Below, piece by piece: positions 10,223 to 22,200 of a stretch of 64,000 nt of DNA. The translations under genes were made by a program, and so were the position numbers. Location: NCBI GenBank assembly GCA_964106645.2, contig OZ067053.1; one strand, given 5' to 3'. The notes below the pieces were generated by a model. The model was not told where the DNA came from. It saw nothing but the letters and a program-made list of their open reading frames with translations, and made no database searches. Source of the DNA: Podarcis pityusensis (lineage: Eukaryota). The stretch's first letter is position 1. The number at the start of each line of letters is the position of its first letter.

Positions 10223-13200
10223 TCATTTCATTTCGTCATCACTTCCCGATACCTCATAAGAACCTTTAGTTTTTGCCCCTATCCCCCCAAACGTACCAAA
10301 TTTCAGCTTGGCCTGTTTGCCTTTGTCATGCTCCAGTGTGCCTGTTGGCGTCGAATGTGAGGAATGCTCGTCGCTGAAAGACGACGACCGGTGCCGGGAC
10401 TTTTTGCCCTTAAAGAAGGAGAACTTCCCTTTCGGAGAAGCAGACCCTTCCACTTCCACATCCCCCTCCAAGGAACCCAGGCTGGCCTGTAACTCCCCTT
10501 CGCACCCTGAGGCAGACACTGAGATCTCTGGGGAGCCAACGCTGCCTTTGACCTTAGATTTTGAGAAAGGGAACTTTGGCATTTTGATTTTAGATTTCTT
10601 AAGCTTAATGTCAGGCTCTTCCAGTTCGACATTCACTGCCCCGGCATGGAAACTTGCCTCTGGCGCCTGAGGGAACTCAACATCAACTCCAACCTCCCTT
10701 CCTGTTAGCTCTTGCCCTGCAACCACAAATTTTGGCATTTTCATTTTGGGGAACGACACTTGTCCAGATGGGCTTTCTACATGGCCGTGTGGAACATTCA
10801 CCCCAACAGAAGGACCTTTGACCTCTAATTTGGGACCTTTGAGATCAACCCCTGCCTTTGGTCCAGAAAACTGAAGGCCTCCAGACCCCTGCATGCCCAT
10901 GTTTAGCTCTGGCCCAGAAACTTTGGGAGCTGACACATTGAGCGAAGGTCCTCTCAAGCTGACATCAGGAGCGCCAGCGTCCAAGCCCATGCCAGAAATC
11001 TTCACACCTGGTGCCCCCATGCCGATCTGTTGACCTTTCATGCCACCAGATACGTTAACGTCACCTTTCAAACTTGGTCCTTTCACATTCAAGTCAAAGC
11101 CTGGGGCAGAAATGTCATGTCCTTTGAGATCTACTTCAGGCCCTTTGATCTGTGGTCCTGAAATACTTCCTCCTTCACTGGCGATGCCAAACTGGGGCAG
11201 CTTCATGCAGGGAATCTTAATTCCAACTCCAGAGCCTTCCACGTTAACGTCAGGTGCCTCGACAGCCACCTTGGGAGATGTAATGCCACCAGAAATGCCA
11301 AAGTCTCCTTTGATCTTTGGTCCTTTCAGATTCACATCAAAGTCAGGCGCTGAAATGCCTCCTCCAGAGGCCATTTTTACTGTTGGCGCTTTCACGTCCA
11401 GGTCTGGAGCACTCACATTGACATCTAGGCCTGGGGCCTTTGGCATTTTAAGCTTTCCTTCAAAACCACTGACGTCAACATCTGGTGTGCCAAATCCGAT
11501 CTTTGGACCTTTAATGTCACCAGAAAGGCCCACGTCTCCTCCAAATTTTGGTCCTTTCAAGCTTACATCCACTGCAGGAGCGCTCACACTTCCTCCGATG
11601 CTTGGGGCCGAAACATCAACACTTGCTGAGGGCAGTTTTCCTTGAAGGTCCACCTCGGGCCCCTCCACTTTCACACCTGGCTTCCCGATCTTTGGCAAGC
11701 CAAATTTTGGCATTTTCAATTTCCCTTCTAGGCCTTGTCCTTCCATCTGGGGAAGGTCAATATCACCTTTCAGCTTTGGTCCTTTCAAGTTAATGTCAGG
11801 GGCTGACATGGAAGGAGCAGAAACACCCATGGATGGCAGGTTCACTGATGGACCTTTCAGGCTGATGTCAGGCGCGCTGAGGTTGGCATCAACACTAGGG
11901 CCTCGAAGGTCTCCTTCCAGTTTGGGACCAGCCAGATCGACATTTCCACCTGAGAATTTGAACTTTGGCTTCTTGAGATGGATGTCAGGACCTCCAATAT
12001 TGACATCGGGGAGGCTGGCACTTCCGCTGGGAACTGTGATGTCAAGATCTGGAGATTTCAGAGATGGTGATGAGACATCTATTCCTGGTGACTTGATTTC
12101 CCCTTCCACCTTTGGCAAAGAAGCATCAGCCTTGAACATAGGTGATTTGATATCAAACTCGACGTCAGGAAAAGAGAGTTTCCCAAACATAGACTTCTTT
12201 CCTTTGGGTGACTTGATATTCATGTCTCCTTTCAGGGATGCTTCAGGGACAGAAATGCTTCCTTCCAAATCTGGCGATTTCATACTTGCATCCATATCTC
12301 CACTCACGGCAAAGCCAGCCTTCTTGCCTTTGACTTTAGGCCCACTCATGTGGATTTTAGGCATTTTGAATTTGCTTTTCTTCCCTTTTCCAGAAATGGA
12401 GATGTCAGGCGATTCAACATTCAGCTCACCTTCTGGGAGGGAGATGTCTGCCTTGGGGCTTTTTGCTCCAAATCCAAACTTTGGCATTTTAAATTTAGGG
12501 AGTTTAACGTTTCCCTCTGGCCCTTCAAGGTTTACATCTGGACACTCCAAGTCAATCTCAGGGCCCTTAGCTTCAATTCCTGGCCCTTGAATATCAATTC
12601 CTGGACCTTTTAAGCTGCCTTCAACCTTGGGAAGAGCGACATCAACATCACCCTTCACTTTAGGTCCCTTCAGATTTAAGTCAATCTCTGGCATGGATAT
12701 TTGAGGTGTCTTGATTTTGGGACCCTTCAGTTTTCCTTCTGGTCCTTCTATGTTCAAGCTGGGGCCTGATAATTCCAATTCACCCTTGGGTACATTTACA
12801 TCGATATGAGGTCCTTCCCCTTTGAACTCAGGCATGCCAAATTTGGGCAGCTTCATCTTGGGGAATTTCACCTTTCCGTCTGGACCATGAATATCAACAT
12901 TGGGAGCATCAATGTCCAATTGAGGGCCTTTGATGTCAATTTCCGGACCCTTGAAATCACCTTCAACCTTTGGTAGGGAAACGTCCACATCTCCTTTCAG
13001 TTTGGGGCCTTTGAGGTTGAAATCCACATCAGGCATGGAGATTTTAGGTCCTTTGATGTTCATTTCAGGCATCTTGAATTTAGGGCTTTTCCATTTTCCT
13101 TCTGGGCCTTCAAGTTCAACATCAGGAACATCTACATCAAGTTTGGGTCCTTTGATATCAATTTCGGGGCCCTTCAGGTCACCTTCCAACTTTGGCACTG

Positions 13201-16200
13201 AAACATCCACATCCCCCTTCACTTTGGGACCTTTCAAGTTCAAGTCAAAATCTGGCATGGAGATTTTGGGGGTTTTAAAATGCATATCAGGCATCTTAAA
13301 CTTGGGACCTTTAAGTTTTCCTTCAGGGCATTCAAGCTCAACATCAGGAACAGAAACATCCAGTTTAGGGCCATGTATATCCACATCTGGTGCTTTCAAA
13401 TCACCTTCCAGCTTGGGAAGAGATACATCCACATCTCCCTTCAGTTTTGGGCCCTTCAAGTTGAGATCAACATCTGGCATGGATAATTTTGGCGCTTTGA
13501 TGTTCATTTCAGGCATCTTAAATTTAGGTCCTTTCAGTTTTCCATCAGGTCCCTCAATGTCAATGTCAGGAGCATCTATCTTAGGACCTTTGATATCTAT
13601 TTCAGGCCCTCTTAGATCCCCTTCAAATTCTGGGATGGAAACATCCACATCACCTTTAAGTTTAGGCCCTTTCAAGTTTAGATTCATGTCTGGCATGGAG
13701 ATTTTAGGTGCCTTGAAATGCATGTCTGGCATCTTGAATTTAGGGCTTTTCCATTTTCCTTCTGGGCCTTCAAGTTCAACATCAGGAACATCTACATCTA
13801 ATTTCGGCCCTTTGATATCCACGTCAGGCCCTTTCAGATCACCTTCCAACTTCGGTACAGACATATCCACGTCACCCTTCACTTTTGGCCCTTTGAGATT
13901 TAGATCGAAATCTGGCATGGAGATTTTGGGTGCCTTAAAGTGCATGTCAGGCATCTTAAACTTGGGACCTCTGAGTTTTCCTTCAGGACCTTCAAGCTCA
14001 ACATCAGGAAGGTCAACATCTAGTTTGGGACCCTTGATATCCACATCTGGGCCTTTCAGGTCACCTTCCAGCTTTGGAACCGAAACGTCAACATCTCCCT
14101 TCAGTTTAGGGCCTTTCAAATTGAAATCAACATCTGGCATGGAGATTTTGGGTGCTTTGAAGTGCATGTCAGGCATCTTAAACTTGGGACCTTTCACTTT
14201 TCCTTCTGGGCCTTCGATGTCCAGGCTTGGTGCATCAATGTCCACCTTCGGAAGAGAAACATCAAGGTCTGCTTTTGGGAGGCTCACGTCCACATCTGGG
14301 CCCTCAGCCTTGAAGCTAGGCATTCCAAATTTGGGCATTTTGAATTTTGGCATTTTCAGCTTCCCTTCTGGGCCATGGAGGTCGACATCTGGAGCATCAA
14401 TATCCAGCTTGGGACCTTTGATGTCAATTTCTGGACCTTTGAAATCACCTTCAACCTTTGGTAGGGAAACATCCACATCTCCTTTCAGTTTGGGGCCTTT
14501 GAGGTTGAAATCCACATCAGGCATGGAGATTTTGGGTGCTTTGATGTTCATTTCAGGCATTTTGAATTTAGGGCCTTTCCACTTTCCATCTGGGCCTTCG
14601 AGTTCAACATCAGGAACATCTACGTCAAGTTTGGGTCCTTTGATATCAATTTCAGGGCCCTTCAGATCACCTTCCAACTTTGGCACCGAAACATCCACAT
14701 CCCCCTTCACTTTGGGACCTTTCAAGTTCAAGTCAAAATCTGGCATGGAGATTTTGGGGGTCTTAAAATGCATATCAGGCATCTTAAACTTGGGACCTTT
14801 GAGTTTTCCTTCAGGACCTTCAAGCTCAACATCAGGAAGGTCAACATCTAGTTTGGGACCCTTGATATCTACATCTGGGCCTTTCAGGTCACCTTCCAGC
14901 TTTGGAACCGAAACATCTACATCTCCCTTCAGTTTAGGGCCTTTCAAATTGAAATCAACATCTGGCATGGAGATTTTGGGTGCTTTGAAGTGCATGTCAG
15001 GCATTTTAAACTTGGGACCTTTCACTTTTCCTTCTGGGCCTTCAATGTCCAGGCTTGGTGCATCAATGTCCACTTTCGGAAGAGAAACATCAAGGTCTGC
15101 TTTTGGGAGGCTCACGTCTACATCTGGGCCCTCTGCCTTGAAGCCAGGCATTCCAAATTTGGGCATTTTGAATTTTGGCATTTTCAGTTTTCCTTCTGGG
15201 CCATGGAGGTCGACATCTGGAGCATCAATATCCAGCTTGGGACCTTTGATGTCTATTTCTGGACCCTTCAAATCACCTTCAACCTTTGGTAGGGAAACGT
15301 CCATATCTCCTTTCATTTTGGGGCCTTTGAGGTTGAAATCCACATCAGGCATGGAGATTTTGGGTGCTTTGATGTTCATTTCAGGCATCTTGAATTTAGG
15401 GCTTTTCCATTTTCCTTCTGGGCCTTCAAGTTCAACATCAGGAACATCTACGTCTAATTTCGGCCCTTTGATATCCACGTCAGGCCCCTTCAGATCACCT
15501 TCCAACTTCGGTACAGACATATCCACGTCACCCTTCACTTTCGGCCCTTTGAGATTTAGATCGAAATCTGGCATGGAGATTTTGGGTGCCTTAAAGTGCA
15601 TGTCAGGCATCTTAAACTTGGGACCTCTGAGTTTTCCTTCAGGACCTTCAAGCTCAACATCAGGAAGGTCAACATCTAGTTTGGGACCCTTGATATCCAC
15701 ATCTGGGCCTTTCAGGTCACCTTCCAGCTTTGGAACCGAAACATCAACATCTCCCTTCAGTTTAGGGCCTTTCAAATTGAAATCAACATCTGGCATGGAG
15801 ATTTTGGGTGCTTTGAAGTGCATGTCAGGCATCTTAAACTTGGGACCTTTCACTTTTCCTTCTGGGCCTTCGATGTCCAGGCTTGGTGCGTCAATGTCCA
15901 CTTTTGGAAGAGAAACATCAAGGTCTGCTTTTGGGAGGCTCACGTCCACATCTGGGCCCTCTGCCTTGAAGCCAGGCATTCCAAATTTGGGCATTTTGAA
16001 TTTGGGCATTTTCAGTTTTCCTTCTGGGCCATGGAGGTCGACATCTGGAGCATCAATATCCAGCTTGGGACCTTTGATGTCAATTTCTGGACCTTTGAAA
16101 TCACCTTCAACCTTTGGTAGGGAAACGTCCACATCTCCTTTCAGTTTGGGGCCTTTGAGGTTGAAATCCACATCAGGCATGGAGATTTTAGGTCCTTTGA

Positions 16201-19200
16201 TGTTCATTTCAGGCATCTTGAATTTAGGGCTTTTCCATTTTCCTTCTGGGCCTTCAAGTTCAACATCAGGAACATCTACATCAAGTTTGGGTCCTTTGAT
16301 ATCAATTTCGGGGCCCTTCAGGTCACCTTCCAACTTTGGCACCAAAACATCCACATCCCCCTTCACTTTGGGACCTTTCAAGTTCAAGTCAAAATCTGGC
16401 ATGGAGATTTTGGGGGTCTTAAAATGCATATCAGGCATCTTAAACTTGGGACCTTTGAGTTTTCCTTCAGGACCTTCAAGCTCAACATCAGGAAGGTCAA
16501 CATCTAGTTTGGGACCCTTGATATCCACATCTGGGCCTTTCAGGTCACCTTCCAGCTTTGGAACCGAAACATCAACATCTCCCTTCAGTTTAGGGCCTTT
16601 CAGATTTATGTCCGGCATTGAAATCTTGGGCACATTAAAATGCATTTCAGGCATCTTTAATTTGGGACCTTTGATCTTGCCCTCTGGGCCCTCTATATCC
16701 AAGTCGGGAGTTTCAATGTCCACTTTGGGTCCTGATACATCAATTTCTGCTTTGGGGAGGTTTATATCTACCTCAGGACCCTCTGCCTTGAAGCCTGGCA
16801 TTCCAAATTTGGGCATTTTGAATTTGGGCATTTTGAGTTTGCCTTCTGGTCCATGGAGATCAACATCTGGAACATCAATGTCCAACTTGGGGCCTTTGAT
16901 ATCTATGTCAGGACCTTTCAAATCCCCTTCCAGGCTTGGTGCAGAAACATCAAGGTCACCTTTTAATTTAGGACCTTTCAAATTCAATTCCACATCAGGC
17001 TTTGAAACTTTAGGTGATGAAATATTCAGGGAAGGCATTTTAAATTTAGGGCCTTTCACTTTTCCATGAACATCAACATCTGGGCCTTGGACATCAACTT
17101 TGGGCCCTGAGATATTAACATCTGGTTTCTTAAGCTTCACGTCAACCTCTGGAGTGTGAACCTTTGGACCAGAAAAACTGAACTTTGGAAGCTTAAATCT
17201 TGATTTCTTTGTTTTCGCTTCGATATCTATTTTTGGTGCTTCTAAGTCAACTTCAGGTCCTTTCAATTCAACATTAGGACCTTTGATGTCGCCTTCCAAG
17301 TCTCCCTTTAATTTAGGACCTTTCAAATTCAAGTCAATGTCTGGCATTGAGATCTTTGGAACATTAAAATTAATTTCAGGCTTCTTAAACTTGGGACCCC
17401 TTAATTTTCCTTCAGGGCCTTCGATTTCCAAATCGGGTGTTTCAATGTCTAGGCTGGGGCCAGATATATCCATTTCTCCCTTAGGTAAGCTCACATCCAC
17501 GGAAGGGCCTTCTCCCTTGAAACCAGGCATTCCAAATTTGGGCATTTTAAACTTGGGCATTTTGAGTTTGCCCTCCGGACCGTGCAAGTCAACATCTGGT
17601 GCGTCAATGTCCAATTTGGGGCCTTTGATGTCAATGTCAGGCCCTTTCAATCCACCTTCGACCTTTGGCAGAGAAACATCCACATCTCCTTTCAGTTTTG
17701 GACCCTTCAAATTAAGATCCACATCTGGCATGGAAAGCTTTGGCGCTTTGATGTGCATTTCTGGCATCTTAAACTTGGGGCCTTTAATTTTACCATCTGG
17801 ACCTTCAATGTCTAACTCAGGGCCTTCAATGTCCACCTTGGGAGCAGATATATCAATGTCTCCCTTTGGGAGATTTACATCCAATTCAGGGCCTTCTCCC
17901 TTGAAGCCAGGCATTCCAAATTTGGGCATTTTGAATTTTGGCATTTTCAGTTTTCCTTCTGGGCCATGGAGATCGACATCTGGAGCATCAATTTCCAGCT
18001 TGGGACCTTTGATGTCAATTTCTGGACCCTTCAAATCACCTTCAACCTTTGGTAGGGAAACATCCACATCTCCTTTCAGTTTGGGGCCTTTGAGGTTGAA
18101 ATCCACATCAGGCATGGAGATTTTGGGTGCTTTGATGTTCATTTCAGGCATTTTGAATTTAGGGCCTTTCCACTTTCCATCTGGGCCTTCAAGTTCAACA
18201 TCAGGAACATCTACGTCAAGTTTGGGTCCTTTGATATCAATTTCAGGGCCCTTCAGATCACCTTCCAACTTTGGCACCGAAACATCCACATCCCCCTTCA
18301 CTTTGGGACCTTTCAAGTTCAAGTCAAAATCTGGCATGGAGATTTTGGGGGTCTTAAAATGCATGTCAGGCATCTTAAACTTGGGACCTTTGAGTTTTCC
18401 TTCAGGACCTTCAAGCTCAACATCAGGAAGGTCAACATCTAGTTTGGGACCCTTGATATCCACATCTGGGCCTTTCAGGTCACCTTCCAGCTTTGGAACC
18501 GAAACGTCAACATCTCCTTTCAGTTTAGGGCCTTTCAAATTGAAATCAACATCTGGCATGGAGATTTTGGGTGCTTTGAAGTGCATGTCAGGCATCTTAA
18601 ACTTGGGACCTTTCACTTTTCCCTCTGGACCATCTATACTGAAGTCAGGAGCATCAATATCTAGTTTGGGACCTTTGATATCAACATCTGGTCCTTTCAG
18701 ATCCCCCTCTACCTTTGGCAAAGAAACATCTACATCCCCCTTCAGTTTGGGACCCTTCAGGTTCAGGTCAAAATCTGGCATGGAGATTTTGGGTGCTTTG
18801 ATGTTCATTTCAGGCATCTTAAATTTGGGCCCTTTGAGTTTTCCTTCAGGGCCTTCAAGCTCAACATCAGGGATGTCAACATCTAGTTTGGGACCCTTTA
18901 TGTCAACATTTGGGCCCTTCAAGTCACCCTCCAATTTAGGAACAGAAACATCAGCATCTCCTTTTATTTTGGGACCCCTCCAGTTCAAATCAATGTCCGG
19001 CATGGAGATCTTAGGGACATTAAAATGCATTTCTGGCATCTTAAATTTGGGCCCTTTGAGTTTTCCTTCAGGTCCTTCAATCTCAACATCAGGAATATCT
19101 ACGCCAACTTTAGGACCTTTGATGTTGACATCAGGGCCTTTCAGATCACCTTCCAACTTCGGCACTGAAACATCCACATCCCCCTTCACTTTGGGTCCTT

Positions 19201-22200
19201 TCAAACCCAGGTCTAAATCTGGCATGGAGATTTTGGGAGCTTTGATATGCATTTCAGGCATTTTGAATTTGGGGCCCTTTAGCTTCCCTTCAGGTCCTTC
19301 CAGGTCAACATCAGGAACGTCAATGTCCAATTTGGGCCCTTTGAGATCCACCTCCGGGCCTTTCAAGTCACCTTCCAACTTTGGCACAGACACATCCAGA
19401 TCGCCTTTTACTTTGGGACCCCTTAGGTTCAAATCAATGTCAGGCATAGAGATCTTAGGTGCCTTAATGTGCACTTCTGGCATCTTAAATTTGGGGCTCT
19501 TCCACTTTCCTTCTGGACCTTCAATGTTAACATCAGGAGCATCAATGTCCAATCCTGGCCCTTTAATGTCAATATTGGGGCCCTTCAGATCACCTTCCAA
19601 CTTCGGCACTGAAACATCCACATCCCCCTTCACTTTCGGACCTTTCAAGTTCAAGTCAAAATCTGGCATGGAGATTTTGGGGGTCTTAAAATGCATGTCA
19701 GGCATCTTAAACTTGGGACCTCTGAGTTTTCCTTCAGGACCTTCAAGCTCAACATCAGGAAGGTCAACATCTAGTTTGGGACCCTTGATATCCACATCTG
19801 GGCCTTTCAGGTCACCTTCCAGCTTTGGAACTGAAACGTCAACATCTCCCTTCAGTTTAGGGCCTTTCAAATTGAAATCAACATCTGGCATGGATATCTT
19901 TGGAGCTTTGAAGTGCATGTCAGGCATCTTAAATCTGGGCCCTTTCACTTTTCCTTCTGGGCCTTCGATGTCTAGGCTTGGTGCATCAACATCAACTTTT
20001 GGAACAGAAACATCAATGTCTGCTTTGGGGAGGCTCACGTCAACATCTGGGCCTTCTCCTTTGAAGCCAGGCATTCCAAATTTGGGCATTTTAAATTTGG
20101 GCATCTTCAATTTGCCTTCAGGTCCATGGAGATCAACATCAGGCATGTCAATGTCCAATTTGGGTCCTTTGATATCAAATTCTGGGCCTTTCAAGTCTCC
20201 TTCAAGTTTGGGGACTGAAACATCCACATCACCCTTGATTTTGGGACCTTTCAGATTCAAATCAACATCTGGCATGGAGATTTTTGGAGCCTTGATGTGC
20301 ATTTCGGGCATCTTAAACTTTGGACTCTTCCATTTTCCTTCGGGGCCTTCAATGTCAACATCAGGAGCATCTATGTCTAGCTTAGGACCCTTAATGTTGA
20401 AGTCTGGTCCTTTCAAGTCACCTTCCAGCTTTGGAACTGTAACATCATACTCTCCCTTCACTTTAGGGCCTTTCAGGTTCAAGTCAACATCTGGCAGAGA
20501 GATCTTTGGAGCTTTGAAGTGCATGTCAGGCATCTTAAATCTGGGCCCTTTCACTTTTCCTTCTGGGCCTTCAATGTCCAGGCTTGGTGCATCAACATCA
20601 ACTTTTGGAACAGAAACATCAATGTCTGCTTTGGGGAGGCTCACGTCAACATCTGGGCCTTCCCCTTTGAAGCCTGGCATTCCAAATTTGGGCATTTTGA
20701 ATTTGGGCATCTTCAGTTTTCCCTCTGGCCCATGGAGATCAACATCTGGCATGTCAATATCCAATTTGGGTCCTTTGATATCAAATTCTGGGCCTTTCAA
20801 GTCTCCTTCAAGTTTGGGGACTGAAACATCCACATCACCCTTGATTTTGGGACCTTTCAGATTCAAATCAACATCTGGCATGGAGATTTTTGGAGCCTTG
20901 ATGTGCATTTCGGGCATCTTAAACTTCGGACTCTTCCATTTTCCTTCGGGGCCTTCAATGTCAATATCTGGAGCTTCGATATCCACTTTGGGGCCCTTGA
21001 TATCCATTTGGGGTCCTTTCAAATTGCCTTCAATATTTGGGACAGTTACATCCATCTCCCCTCTCGCTCTGGGACCTTTCAAGTTTAAGTCAATATCTGG
21101 CATGGAGATTTTGGGTGTCTTGAAATGCATTTCAGGCATTTTGAACTTGGGACCTTTCAGTTTTCCCTCTGGACCTTCGATGTCTATGCTCGGCATATCA
21201 GCATTCAGTTTTGGTCCCGAAACATCAATGTCTGCTTTAGGAAGGCTCATGTCAACATCAGGGCCTTCCCCTTTGAAGCCAGGCACCCCAAACCTGGGCA
21301 GCTTCATCTTGGGCATCTTAATTTTAGCATCTGGGCCTTCAAGGTCAACATCTGGGAGATCCACATCAAGTTTGGGGCCCTTTATGTCAATGCTGGGTCC
21401 TTTCATATCACCCTCAATCTTTGGGACAGATACATCCATTTCACCCTTCATTTTGGGGGCCTTGAGATTCAAGTCGACATCTGGCATGGAAATTTTAGGA
21501 GATTTAATATTGAGTTTTGGCATCTTGAATCTGGAACCTTTGATTTTTCCTTCAGGACCCTCCAGTTCCACATCTGGGACATCGACATCCAAGTTAGGAC
21601 CCTCAATGTTGACCTTGGGTCCTTTCAGGTCACCTTCTATCTTTGGCCCAGAGATATCCACATCTCCCTTCAGTTTTGGCCCTTTCAGATTGAAATCCAC
21701 ATCTGGCATTGATATCTTGGGTGCATGGATATTCAGTTCAGGCATCTTAAACTTGGGCCCTTTCAGTTTTCCTTCTGGGCCTTCAATGTCCAAGGCTGGT
21801 GCTTCAATGTCTACTTTGGGAGCAGAAAGGTCAATGTCTGCTTTTGGAAGATTTACATCCACCTCTGGACCTTCTGCTTTGAAGCTTGGCATTCCAAATT
21901 TGGGCATTTTGAATTTGGGCATTTTCAGTTTTCCTTCTGGGCCATGGAGGTCGACGTCTGGAGCATCAATATCCACCTTGGGACCTTTGATGTCAATTTC
22001 TGGACCCTTGAAATCACCTTCAACCTTTGGTAGGGAAACGTCCACATCTCCTTTCAGTTTGGGGCCTTTGAGGTTGAAATCCACATCAGGCATGGAGATT
22101 TTTGGTGCTTTGATGTTCATTTCAGGCATCTTGAATTTAGGGCCTTTCCACTTTCCATCTGGGCCTTCAAGTTCAACATCAGGAACATCTACGTCAAGTT

